A stretch of DNA of 42,513 nt from Octopus bimaculoides (GCF_001194135.2 NC_068998.1:29502121-29544633); one strand, 5' to 3'. Counted from the first letter of the stretch, positions 11,685 to 24,159 are shown. Notes: generated by a model not told the origin, from the sequence alone. Numbers and translations: made by a program.

Positions 11685-12580
11685 AATTAATTTGAATATA
11701 ATAAGAAATAAAATAAAATAAATAATGAGGTAGAATAAAATAAAATAATATATAAAAAGTAAAATACAAAAGAGTAAAAGGTATAAAATATAATGTAAAT
11801 AAGATAAAAGTAAAAACAAAATAAATAAATAAAAATAGAACAAAAATAAAATAAGATAGAATAGAATATACATATATAGGTAAATATGTACATAGAGATA
11901 TACAATATAAAAATATATGTAAAAAAGTACACACATACATATACATACACACATACATATACATACACACACACTTATAAATATGTATATGAGAAAAAAA
12001 TTAAGATATAGACTCTATGCATTAATCATAACGGTTTCTCAATATATGCGTATATGTGGAATTATATGGTAATAGAAGACTCACACTAATAATCGCATGC
12101 ATATATATATATATTGTTGTGTCTGGGGAGAGTCCTTCTCTTTTTGTGCCTTATTATTTAACACACTCACCGGTTCAGTTTCCACTCATTTACTTCTTTA
12201 TTTTTTCCAAAATTTTCGTTGCCTCTTGCAACCTTTTCAATATTCGTGGATTCTGTTCGTTATCCGAGATGCGTTCTTTTTTGTTTGTTTGTGCGCATGT
12301 GTGTGGGTCAGTGTGCGTGCGCATACACATATGTATGTGTGTATGTATGTATGTATGTATGTATGTATGTATGTGTGTATGCATATATGTGTATGTATAA
12401 ATGTATGTGTGTATGAATATATGTGTGCATATGTATGTATGTGTGTATGTGAGTATGCATATATATAGGTATGTATGTGTGTAGGTTTGTATGTATGTAT
12501 TCTGCATATTCATGTGTTTGTACGTTCGTGTTTATGTGTTTGTATATGTGTGTGTGTGTGTAACTTTGTCTCCTTGTGTG
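11685..12580. repeat. Low-complexity A-rich tract plus (TATG)/(TG) microsatellites
   Basis: Direct reading; a short unique stretch at about 12000-12290 lies inside. Confidence 0.85.
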
Positions 12581-12984
12581 TGCATATCTGAGTGTGTCTG
12601 TGTATGGGTTTTTGTGACTATGTACGTGCGTCTGTTATGTATGGATGTGTGTATCCATATGTGTCTTTAGTCCAAGTGCGCGCGTGTGTATATGGTCATG
12701 TGATTCAGTCTTCATTTGCTTATGTATGTGTGTATGTGTGCTTGTGTGATCATATTACTTATGTACTTATCTATCTGTATGTACCTATCTATCACTACTA
12801 ACAACACCACCTACATCAATACCAACACCAACATCAACACGACCCACAACAATAACAACAAGAACAATGAACACAACACAAGCACCACTACCCCCCCACC
12901 ACCACTACTAGCAACAACAACGCCAGCAACCATAACAACAATTACCACAACGATAATAGCACTCGACACTCTGTCTTCAATAAC

Positions 12985-15275
12985 CTTAACAACAAATCAT
13001 ATGACATGACGAGGATCTACCCCACAGACTTATCCTTCAATAAAAGGGTGTGTATCCCACCCCAGATTGACAGAGAGGCAGAAGCAAAGATCTCCTTAGC
13101 TAGAAATAGACTCTGACATATCTTAGACCAGTACAACAAAACCACTAAAAGACATAATGAGGAGACCCACCAATTCAGTTCATCTATCGGCAAAGGCACA
13201 CAAAAACTGAAACAGCGAATTAGGAACAGGGAATTAGTCTGCCTCCCTTCGGACAAGTCTGGCAGACTGTGAATAGACACCCCACAGACCATGCAACAAC
13301 ACATCAGTAGCATGAGAGACGTTGCACCACAGGAACGTAGAAGAGTGGGAAAACTCCTCAATGCACACATGAGAATGTGGCGCAACATACACCAACCCAA
13401 GAAACGGACTGCAAATAATTTCCAAGCATTTAAAAATGTTGTTCCTTCGCTATACTGGTTACGTAAAGAACATAAACCCTACGTAAACTTCGTTATGGGG
13501 CGCCAACCCGACCAGTTTGCGGAGCGAATATCTCCAGCAATTATAGACTATCCTACTTACTCTCACAGGTATTACGACCACTCATTGAAATGTCTCCAGA
13601 TGTCTGTGTGAGCACGGAGGATCTCCTCGATAGACTCAGTAGTTGAAACCATTCCAACGACCTCACAGGTTGTGTAGTAGGTAGTATGGATGTAGTTTCA
13701 TTCTACTCATCTATAGACATAGATTCTGCTGTGGAGTGAAGTCAACACGAGGTAACTGGGCTACGACAGTAACCATCTACACAATCATGACCTTAGTAGA
13801 TTCTGCCCCACCAAGTCACAGAGGGGAAGACCACCCACCGTCACCTCAGCAGTGAAGAAAAGCACCGCAGACCGCTGGAGTGGCTGGACCATACCCACCC
13901 AAGACCCTGAGAACAACAATCAGGTGAAAAGAATGATTGCACATGCAGTAGGGGCTAGCATAAGAACCACCTCGAAGAACCTCATAGTAAAGTTTAACAG
14001 GAAACTATACATGCAAGTTCAAGGTGCAGTCATTAGTGTTGGTGTAGCTGAAAAAGTGGCCAGCCTCTTCATGACCTGGTGGGACAGAAAACTTAAACAA
14101 TCCTGAACAGAACAGTCCACAACTCTTTTACTTTACTGTAGGTATGTAGACGACATTAATATTATAAATAAGACCAACTCTAGAAACGATAATGCAGAAA
14201 CCGAGAGGAACATAATGGAGAGCATCCAGCATGTAGCTAACTCTATCTACCAAAGTATCAAAGTAACTATAGATTACCCCACTAGGAACTTTAACAATAG
14301 ACTCTCCGTCTTTGTTACTGAATTTTGGTTAGAGACAGGGAACAACAGAGTGCAGCTCCTCCACTCCTATTACATGAAACTCATAGCTTCGAAGTACGTT
14401 GTTTACAAGAACGCAGCTTTGTCACACAACATAAAAATCAGCATACTGATAGAAGACTTAGTTAGGATAATGAACACCATGTCCCCACTAGGCAAACCCA
14501 GTGAAACAAAGAAACATGTACAGAACTTCATGCACCGCATGCAGTTTTCTGGATATGATCAGAAAGATAGGGTTCGGGTATACAGGGGTGCTAGAAAGAA
14601 GTTAGATAACATCATATGTAATGAAGCCAGTGGTACCTGCTCTAGATACAGAAGTAAATACTGGAACAGAATACAAAGAGTCTGTGACAAAGCAAACAGG
14701 GTGAACACGTGGTACAAGACCGACAAATATCAATGTAGAGGCTACAGCCCATGAAGAACTAGCCCATGAAGAACTAGCCCATGAAGAACTAGCCCATGAA
14801 GAACTAGCCCGTAGATTTAGGAGAGCTCCGAAGGAGGCCAAACTCAACATTAAGATCATTGAAAAGCTAGGGAGCTCTATCAGATCACAAGTATGTAGGA
14901 CGTGCTACTTTGAGAATACCACATGCATCAATGATAACTGCATGGTATGTAAGATTAACACTGGAATTAACTGTAGAAATATAGTCTACAGCATAAGGTT
15001 CATAGAAGGTACTTGTAAAGACAAGAATAAGATATACACAAGTAAGACATCTAGGAGCATTGCAGAAAGACTAAATGCACATTTGAGACAATATGACGAC
15101 AAAAAACAGTCTTCCATACTCTACCAACATGTCAAAAACCAATATGGAGGCAACCTGGGTCAACTTGACATCCGAATTTTATCCAAGCACCCGAAGGACC
15201 CAACACACAGACAAATACAGGAGTACGTCCTCATAATTGAAACATTCCCAGTACTAAGTAGGAAATATACGTAGT
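12985..15275 (+). mobile_element. Penelope-like element (RT + Cys-rich linker + C-terminal GIY-YIG), near-complete ORF remnant
   Basis: PSDKSGRL, PSLYWLRKEHKP, GSMDVVSFY, RYVDD (14143-14154), ANSIYQSIKVTIDYP, RMQFSGY, linker CRTC..C..NCMVC..NC, then NIVYSI...IYTSKTSRSIAERLNAH...RQIQE...PVLS. Multiple stops and frameshifts. Confidence 0.92.
14746..14810 (+). repeat. Perfect 15-bp tandem repeat (AGCCCATGAAGAACT x4.3) inside the PLE ORF
   Basis: Four identical units plus AGCCC. Encodes (AHEEL)x4 in frame with the downstream GIY-YIG frame. Confidence 0.97.
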
Positions 15276-15301
15276 AGATAGTCACATCCCTACACCCACA
15301 G

Positions 15302-15341
<40 letters not shown>

Positions 15342-15417
15342 CAGGCTGAATAGTTAGTGGGCTGTTATGTAGACGTTTGTATGTGTATGTGCCTGCGTAT
15401 GTGTGTATATATGCGTG

Positions 15418-15451
<34 letters not shown>

Positions 15452-15453
15452 TA

Positions 15454-16644
15454 CTAGCTGGTGTACCCGGTAATTCCCGGTGGGTAAAGATGTTCGAGTG
15501 AAACGCCTTATTACTCTGATATAACAAAGCAATTTCGTTATAACTGCCACAAAAGGTGTATTTTCCGTCACGAAAAAGTACAAAATACTGTCAGCTGGAG
15601 GAGGTTGTTGGAGATTGGTGAGAAAGAGCATCGGAGGTTGGTAAGAGAGGTTGTCGGAGGTTGGCGAGAGGCAAATACATTATTCTGCTTAGCGAAGGCA
15701 TCTGGGAAATGTATAACTGCTGTCATTCACAGAAAAAACTATTGTTTTACCGTGAGAAAAGAGCTGTTTAAGTGTTCAGTGAAATTTGGCAATCGAGGAT
15801 CGAATCCACGCTATGCTTGCATGAAGCCACTACAAATACGTCATGGAATAAAAAAAATTATCTACTGTCATGGAGAAAGTGTAGCTGTAAAAATACAGAA
15901 TTATCGGAGTAATGGACATTCAAAAAAGTATGTATGTATAGAAATGTAGGAATGAAGAGATTCAAATTAAGGAAGTGCAATAATAATATTTAGCAGCTCA
16001 AAACTGTGAGTTGTGAAATGCAAAATTAGGTCGGCTTATCGCGAGAATCAAATATTGATCGCTTCGCTAAAATTTGCAGGTGGTATGGGTTATTTCCCTT
16101 GGGTTGTTTAAATAAAATATCAGTAATATGTAGTAGATAGGAGGATCCATTGAATGGGCCCCATTATCGATTTTTTTCAACAATCTAAGTATGTTACGAG
16201 GTTTCCAGACATGAGTTCTACTCACGTGTCAAATAAAGTAAAAAGGTGATATTGTCTGGAAAAATTAGAAATTGGACACATAAAAAAATCAATATTCAAA
16301 GTAATCGAACATAAACCATGAAATGGGTTATTTCCCTTGAGTGCAGGTGGTATGAGTTATTTCCCATGGGTGTTTAAAAAGTTTAGTTATATGAGGTAGA
16401 TATAAAGGTCTCTACCAGGGCCGGATTATCGATTTTTTCACCAATCTAAGTATGTCACGAGGTTTCCAGACATGAGTTCTACTCACGTGTCAAGTTTCAT
16501 CAAAATCAATAAAACGATGTAGGAGAGAGAGNNNNNNNNNNNNNNNNNNNNNNNNNNNNNNNNNNNNNNNNNNNNNNNNNNNNNNNNNNNNNNNNNNNNN
16601 NNNNNNNNNNNNNNNNNNNNNNNNNNNNNNNNNNNNNNNNNNNN

Positions 16645-16676
<32 letters not shown>

Positions 16677-16710
16677 ATGGCCACAGACTTAGGGCTGAAA
16701 TATAAAAGAA
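15454..16710 (-). mobile_element. Non-autonomous Helitron-like element
   Basis: Minus-strand 3' end has a GC-rich hairpin ACCCACCGGGAATTACCGGGT, a 7-nt spacer, CTAG, then target T, as in canonical Helitrons. A 5'-proximal GATTTTGATGAAACTTGACAC motif lies next to a (TC)n run. The 5' boundary is uncertain because of the gap at 16532-16644. Confidence 0.62.
16075..16493. repeat. About 155-bp direct repeat (16075-16232 and 16342-16493) inside the Helitron-like element
   Basis: The last 52 bp differ by one base; both units start TGCAGGTGGTATG(G/A)GTTATTTCCC. Confidence 0.92.
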
Positions 16711-16877
16711 TAAAAGAATGTATAAACACACACACACACACACACACACATACACACACACACACAAATTTATATGTCGTTGTGTTTCGGGATGGTCATT
16801 TTTTTTGCCAAATAAACACACGCACTATATATTTGTTCTTTACTCGTTTAATACTGTTTTCATTCTAACTCATGTCC

Positions 16878-16924
16878 ATTGTCTGGAAATCTTTCGTTAC
16901 ACATCTGTGACCTCTTCAGCGACA
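16878..16924 (-). ncRNA. Degenerate hammerhead-like motif downstream of the minus-strand PLE
   Basis: Minus strand: GUCG-CUGAAGA-GGUCAC-AGAU-GUGUAAC-GAAAG-AUUU-CCA-GACA. CUGAAGA and GAAA are intact; stem II is imperfect, position 16.1 is C instead of U, and stem I is out of register. Confidence 0.45.
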
Positions 16925-17091
16925 CATTTCGTCGTTGTATGGGATCTTGCTTCACTCATTTCATTCTGCTCTTCTATGATGTGTAACCTCGTGTGCTCGT
17001 GCGTTTGCGTCCGTGTGTGTGTGTGTGTGTGTGTGTTTGTNNNNNNNNNNNNNNNNNNNNNNNNNNNNNNNNNNNNNNNNNNNNNNNNNNN

Positions 17092-17137
<46 letters not shown>

Positions 17138-17689
17138 CGTGCGTGCATGTGTGTATGTGTGTGAGTGTGTGTGCTTGTATGTGTGTCATTGTTCTTAATA
17201 GCAGTATGACCTTCCTCTCAGCCCATTCACTCCCCTGTTGTCGCTGCTGCTGTTCTAGGACCCGAAAATTTGGTACAGTTCCTGTATCTCTCTGTGTTTG
17301 TGTGTTCGACCACGGTGCTGCCATCGTGGTAGTTGTTGTTGTTATTGCCATCGTTGTCACCGCCGCCGCTGTTGTCGTTGTTAGTCGTGTTGTTGATACT
17401 GTTGCGGCCGTTTGTGAAGTTATCGTGTGTACTTGTGTGTATATGGGTTCGCTGCTTATGTTGTTTGTATCCATGCTCTTTATATAGATTTATCTATCTA
17501 CTTTTTATTTATCTCTATTTCTTATATTTATGACAGGTATGTGACAAGTATATTTATTTATTTATATTTTATTTACTTATCCCTATTTCTTATATGTATC
17601 ACACGTATGTGAATATATGTCTGTTGTGTGTGTATTACCCTGTTTGTATCTGTGTTTTATTTATCTTCCCCTCTCTCTCTTCTCCTCCC

Positions 17690-18305
17690 TTCTGTGTTTA
17701 GTCATGTGGTGCGGTCTGATGGTGGATGTTATTGTTCCATTCGTGTTGAGGGTCGGTCTGTCTATTGTTATGTGTGTAGCCTCTGTAATCTGTCTAAGTG
17801 ACGTGTCAGTTCTATGCGTCGGTAATACTTTAACCTCTATGCTATTAATCGAGCCTCTACGTTCTGCTTGAGCATGTTAGTAGAGCGCTGACGAGCCTTT
17901 CCCTTCTTTGAGGTCTCGCCTGTGTTCACCTATACGCTCCCCTATGCTGCGTGCAGTCTTTGCAATGTAATTAGTTGTCATGTTTCTGCACCATCCCTCA
18001 GTACATATAAGCTATACACTATATTCCTAACCTTACAGTTAACCTCTGGGTTCATCCTACATACAACACAACTGTTCTCCATACATATAGACTCATCAAA
18101 GTGATAGGTTCTACAGATCTAGGATTTTGTAGGGGCGCCATGCCTTTCTACTACTTTAATCCGTAGATTAGCCTTAATATTTTTCTAAAAAGGTATGCTA
18201 GTTCGCCGCCAGGAGTAGCATCGACGAACAGGACGCTCTGGTATTTTTTGTTGTCATACCAAGAGTTGGCCTTATCTATCTTATTTCTGGTCCTTTCTGT
18301 GCATA
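17690..18305 (-). mobile_element. Second PLE, 3' part (thumb, Cys linker, GIY-YIG)
   Basis: WYDNKKYQSVLFVDATPGGEL, ICRT..C..NSCVVC..NCKVRNIVYSL, NYIAKTARSIGERIGEH, RQITEATHI..RPTLN. Collinear with 14650-15275 at the protein level. Confidence 0.88.
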
Positions 18306-18830
18306 AGCGGCCTACACTACTGATAACGTCCAGCACTACCAACTTACATTTTGGGCCCAGGAAGATGGTCTGCATCCTAAGATCTAGTCCTTTCCGAATC
18401 AACACAACTACTCTGCCTCCTGTTCCCGGTAAACTTGGAGATGCTTACAGCTCGTAATCGGTGAAGATGAGTACAGAAATTCTTGTCTCACTAATAGCTA
18501 CGGCATCTATATCTAACACGTTGTGTAGGTGCCCCTGCTTCCAAGGCAATCACATTGACACTACCTATTCTGTGTATGGTCCTGTTCCACTAGAAAGAGG
18601 AAAGTGGGAAGAAACATATCATTTCTGTGGAAGAATAGTTGTTCAGTCCTTCTGGCTACATCTGGATATTTCCAGAAGCATTTATTTAGAGTTGCTTCTT
18701 TATAGTTCCTAGAAAATCTCCCGTTCTCTTGAGATAATTTGTTTTCAGGTTGTATTAGGTTTCTTGAGTTGTTTTTGTGGGGAGCGGTATGATATATTAA
18801 ATAGAGTAATATTTGTTTATCGATGTACAT
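18305..18830 (-). mobile_element. Tx1/L1-clade LINE fragment (APE endonuclease N-terminus, possibly ORF1 end)
   Basis: IGSVNV, DAVAISETRI, SPSLPGTGGRVVVLIRKGLDL, KLVVLDV (APE motifs). Contains a stop and a frameshift. Confidence 0.72.
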
Positions 18831-19706
18831 GTTTCATTAAGTCCCTGTTGTTTGTTTCTATGATCGTGTAAAGAAAACGAACCGAAAGAGGCTAAGTCAA
18901 AATCTTAGTTTAAACTATAAGGTAAAATATTAAAAAAGACAATCATTTATGAGATTTACTTGACGTTGTATGTTAGCACCCATTAATGCATGGCTAGCAT
19001 GGTCATTTTCTGAAAATGGAAAATAACCTGTGGTAACTGAAATAATTTCTGTTGGTGAAACGTCAAGTTGATGATGTATTGTGTTTGTTCGGTTTTGGTG
19101 TGAATTTGGATGCGTTTTAATTTGTTGTAGTGTTCGTACTGTTGGTGGTGTTTCTCGTGTTTGAGATGCCTGTGGTTGTTTTGGGGATGTGAGTGTGTGT
19201 GTGGGGGGTGGTGGTGGTGGTGATTGTATGTTGATTTCTGTGCTTCCACGGGTTTCAGTCGACTTTCTAAGTAAACGAAATAATCTACTGGAGAAATTCA
19301 GGGTCTTGCATATTACCTATCTTGTAAATTTCCTATAAATAGATTTGTATTTAATGTAACCGAGAGACAAAGGAATCTGAAGAAAGAAATCAAATCTTAT
19401 GAAAATCTTTCCATAGGTTAAAAACTGCAATAGGCCATCATCTCAGTATAAAACCCTTCCTAAATTAGTCGAAGAAATATTCTGAAATAATTGTGGTTAT
19501 ATATTAAAAACATTTTGCTGCAGAAGATCTGTAATAAGCGAAAGCGGAGTTTCTTTCTTCAAACACTGTAAAGTATAACAGTTATTTATATAATTCGTAT
19601 CGAGTCACCTTTGAATTTCTCATTCCCCTGTTTTATTGTCTTGTTCTTCATGTTCTTGGTCTTTGTTATTTAAACTTCAATTATACTGGCGAGCTCGGAA
19701 ATTTTA

Positions 19707-19869
19707 TAGGCGTAGGCGTGGCTGTGTGGTAAGAAGCTTGCTTCCCAACCACATGGTTCCGGGTTCAGTGGTACCTTGGGCAAGTGTTTTCTACTATAGC
19801 CTCGGGCTGACCAAAGCCTTGTGAGTGGATTTGGTAGACGGAAACTGAAAGACGCCCGTCGTATACATA

Positions 19870-19900
<31 letters not shown>

Positions 19901-20003
19901 GTTTGTCCCTCCACCATTGCTTGACAACCGATAGAATAAGCACTAGACTTACAAAGAATAAGTCTTGGAGTCGATTTCTTCGACTAAAACAAGTAAAAGA
20001 ATA
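19707..20003 (+). mobile_element. tRNA-derived SINE family B with internal (TG)n
   Basis: TAGGCGTGGCTGTGTGGTAAGAAGCTTGCTTCCCAACCACATGGTTCCGGGTTCAG head (A/B-box-like); tail GAAACAAGTAAAAGAATA-like. Matches 25521-25930. Confidence 0.9.
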
Positions 20004-20627
20004 CCATCTTCCCGGACTCTTTCCATCTTCTTTTACCTATTTTATAAACATTTTTCGAATTTTTCCTCAACACGAAATCCAAATCTTTTTCATCCATTTG
20101 CGAATTTTAGCACAAATCTCTTTCGTTTGTAGCCTCAAGCGTAAAAAAATACTTTTCCACCTTTGTTTGTTGTTGTTTATTCACTTGTAGGCACATAAAT
20201 AACAGGTTCACCTTCCTCTTGCCCTCTCATATGCTTTCTATTCCCATATCACAGCACACCACTCACATCCTCATATACACTCTTTCATACTACCATCGTA
20301 GCAATTACACATAGCCCCACTAAACAACGCCACCATACTTCCATATTTTCACACATCTATACACATACATGCACTGCATGTGCACAATTTTTCACACACA
20401 GTTCCAACTTATGCAGGTTTCCAGGAACGGATACACTCAAAGCACAAGAATCTATAATCTCACTGCTTCCTTTTTAATCACCCTGTCCTTAGAACAGCAT
20501 TATCCGCTGTTTTCTTACCCGTCGATAGCCTCATATGTCATTCTTTTGTTTTTTTTTTATACATTCACTATTTCTTTCTTCCACTCTCTTTCTTTCGCAC
20601 ATACACACACGCACGTACGCACGCGCG

Positions 20628-20667
<40 letters not shown>

Positions 20668-21469
20668 CNNNNNNNNNNNNNNNNNNNNNNNNNNNNNNNN
20701 NNNNNNNNNNNNNNNNNNNNNNNNNNNNNNNNNNNNNNNNNNNNNNNNNNNNNNNNNNNNNNNNNNNNNNNNNNNNNNNNNNNNNNNNNNNNNNNNNNNN
20801 NNNNNNNNNNNNNNNNNNNNNNNNNNNNNNNNNNNNNNNNNNNNNNNNNNNNNNNNNNNNNNNNNNNNNNNNNNNNNNNNNNNNNNNNNNNNNNNNNNNN
20901 NNNNNNNNNNNNNNNNNNNNNNNNNNNNNNNNNNNNNNNNNNNNNNNNNNNNNNNNNNNNNNNNNNNNNNNNNNNNNNNNNNNNNNNNNNNNNNNNNNNN
21001 NNNNNNNNNNNNNNNNNNNNNNNNNNNNNNNNNNNNNNNNNNNNNNNNNNNNNNNNNNNNNNNNNNNNNNNNNNNNNNNNNNNNNNNNNNNNNNNNNNNN
21101 NNNNNNNNNNNNNNNNNNNNNNNNNNNNNNNNNNNNNNNNNNNNNNNNNNNNNNNNNNNNNNNNNNNNNNNNNNNNNNNNNNNNNNNNNNNNNNNNNNNN
21201 NNNNNNNNNNNNNNNNNNNNNNNNNNNNNNNNNNNNNNNNNNNNNNNNNNNNNNNNNNNNNNNNNNNNNNNNNNNNNNNNNNNNNNNNNNNNNNNNNNNN
21301 NNNNNNNNNNNNNNNNNNNNNNNNNNNNNNNNNNNNNNNNNNNNNNNNNNNNNNNNNNNNNNNNNNNNNNNNNNNNNNNNNNNNNNNNNNNNNNNNNNNN
21401 NNNNNNNNNNNNNNNNNNNNNNNNNNNNNNNNNNNNNNNNNNNNNNNNNNNNNNNNTATATATATATAT

Positions 21470-21800
21470 ATGATGGCCGTCCACTCGTGACCGAGGAAGA
21501 CCATTGCCGACCTTCAGGAACATTCTGCGCTCTAGTACGAACTTGTATTTTGCTCTTGACAAGCATACACAACTGCAAACATTGCAGACCAAGCTTTCCC
21601 CATTCACTATACGAGTCGTGCACTTTCGCGCAGCTCGCTTAAGTTCTTCATGCTGGTTACGTGCTCTCTCAAAAGTTTCCATCCCCTCCTTAACCTGCTT
21701 CCTCCATCTGTGGGTATGACAGGCATTGTTCTCCCAGTCAGTGTCCTGCATATCACAGGCCTTTAATGAGGACTTGACACAGTCCTTAAATCGCAGCCTT
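21470..21800 (-). mobile_element. RTE-clade LINE 3' end with (TA)n tail
   Basis: RLRFKDCVKSSLKAC, DWE...RWRKQVKEG..FE, CNVC..VCLSRA zinc-finger-like end; short 3'UTR running into a TA run. Confidence 0.82.
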
Positions 21801-22094
21801 ATATATATATNNNNNNNNNNNNNNNNNNNNNNNNNNNNNNNNNNNNNNNNNNNNNNNNNNNNNNNNNNNNNNNNNNNNNNNNNNNNNNNNNNNNNNNNNN
21901 NNNNNNNNNNNNNNNNNNNNNNNNNNNNNNNNNNNNNNNNNNNNNNNNNNNNNNNNNNNNNNNNNNNNNNNNNNNNNNNNNNNNNNNNNNNNNNNNNNNN
22001 NNNNNNNNNNNNNNNNNNNNNNNNNNNNNNNNNNNNNNNNNNNNNNNNNNNNNNNNNNNNNNNNNNNNNNNNNNNNNNNTTTTTTTTTTTTTTT

Positions 22095-22430
22095 TTGTCC
22101 CGAACAAGAATATCGAGCCGGATATGTTAATATCGTTGCTGTGGGTCGACAATCTTACGGTCTCCATCATTACTTGCTGCCTTTTCCTGTCGTATTCTCA
22201 TACAGAATGCTCAAACTACCCCATCTCACCACACGGTCAGGTCGTGTTTTAATAACCTTACTCAAAATCAAGAATGCTGTCACCAATGTCTTCAGTTTCG
22301 GTTCTGCATCGTCTATATTTGTCAGCTGGTAATTTTTGTTTAAATGATATTTGGTGGGAATGTTTTGCTTTCAAATGAACACAACAGGAAATCGCTTCAA
22401 GAGAAATCCTTTTAGTATTGTTATAATCTT
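22095..22430 (-). mobile_element. R4/Dong-like RLE LINE C-terminal fragment
   Basis: QNIPTKYHL, degenerate CCHC (YRRCRTETEDI), R(P)DRV and RLDILVRDKK (RPDIVV endonuclease motif) across frames. Confidence 0.6.
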
Positions 22431-23018
22431 GTCCCTACACCACTCCAAGCTTTTAGTCTCTTTTGGGAGGGTCACTGTCAACTTCTCTTTCATGCTTCCC
22501 TCACCACATGTGTGTGCGCGCGCGTGCACACACATACACACACAGGTGTGAATACATGTGTTGCATATTGTGTCAAAGAGATAAGCATATAATATGAAAA
22601 CTACACCTTAAGAACTTAAGAATTCTAAAGAATTGTGCAAAAACATTAAAATATATTAATTTACAAACCTCTTGAAAAAGGCTAACGATATAAAGATGTA
22701 AGCGATAAATAAGAGAAAACAAATAAACGGTCTAGATACATTAGGAAGGGAAATGAACAGAAAAAAGGTAATAAAGGGAAGAAAGGAAAGAAAGAAGTGC
22801 TTTAAAAAATCAAAGACTGAGGAAAGTGTACTGATGGAAAAGAAGTAAAAAAAGTGAAAGAAATAGGAATGTGTGTGTGGTGTGTGTGATGTGTGATGTG
22901 AGTGTGTGTGTACGTGTAAGAGAGAGAGAAAGAGATCAGAGACAAAGAGTAGGTGGGGGAGAGAGTGACAGAGACCAGACAATAGGAAAAAATAAAGGAG
23001 AAAAACAATAAAAGTGTA

Positions 23019-23069
<51 letters not shown>

Positions 23070-23277
23070 AGAAGAGAACGAAAGAAAGTGGATGCAAAAT
23101 GATTTGATCATCATCCATGAGAGAATTAAACTCTATTAAGAATAATTTCTTTAGGAAGTATGGATAACAACATAATATGAGCAATAATAGAATAAATAGA
23201 AAAGATCTTTCGTTTCTATAACTTGACATAAAAGGTATCGTCTTGCCGAGCAGACTTTCATTTTACAGTACATATCT

Positions 23278-23321
<44 letters not shown>

Positions 23322-24159
23322 ACACATACACACAAGCATACAAATGCTCGCATATGTGAGTTTACGTTTAATTTTCATTAACAGCCTTTTCTGTGTAAGT
23401 CACTATTGTTTGTGGAGGCGATATTAAAATACTGACGATGATAATAAAGGAAAACGTTTGTGAGTAGGGTGTGTTTGTGTGTGTGTGTGTCAGTGTGTGT
23501 GAGTGTGTGAGTTTGTGTGTTTAACAAGTTAGCATTGATACTTTAGTTAATCACAATATGTTTGAGGTGTTGTTTCGTTTGCATGATTGCCTTTGTGTGG
23601 GCGTCGGGGTGTGAGTGAGGTTTCGTTTCGCTCTTTGTGTTTAATTGATTGCTTGCTCGCTTGATTCATTGATTAATTGATTGATTAGCTCGTTGGTGTT
23701 ACTGTTTCAGTTACTATTTTATTGTCTTCTACTTGTTCTTTTTAATGATAAATAAAACCAGTTAGCGACATGCATATGAATCTAGGTACACGCGCACGCA
23801 CACATACACACACGTATACACATACACACATATATCTTATGTGTGTGTGTGTGTGTGCTTGTATGATTATCTCATATATATGTATGTGTGTGTGTGTATG
23901 TAGGTAGGTGTGTGTGTAAGAAATTACATTTAAGGCTTTTCAAAACTCTCCAATACGCGAGCACGTGCACAGGCGTCCAGAACTCATGCATACACAAAGC
24001 AGAATACTCTCATACATAAAGGAATACACATATAGAATCGCAAATCCGATACACATTGAAGGACGAACAGTTATATAAATGTTTATAATGTCCATATTTG
24101 TGTGCATATGTGTGTACATATATATATACTTATATATATATACTTATATATATATATAA

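Noticed and set aside
13100-14110. In-frame TGA codons in the PLE as selenocysteine (Naiad-like)
   Set aside because: This element has a C-terminal endonuclease and also contains TAG stops and frameshifts; no SECIS was recognised. Ordinary decay explains it.
14746-14810. CRISPR-like short repeats (also the 16075-16493 and 28248/30618 direct repeats)
   Set aside because: No unique spacers and a eukaryotic context; explained as a VNTR, a Helitron duplication and LTRs.
19707-19790. SINE heads as tRNA genes
   Set aside because: A/B boxes are present but there is no complete cloverleaf, and they continue into SINE bodies.
20369-21751. Long ORFs of 300-400 aa (also at 31720-32262, 32750-33273 and 34117-35041)
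   Set aside because: Artefacts of N-gaps translated as X plus flanking microsatellites.
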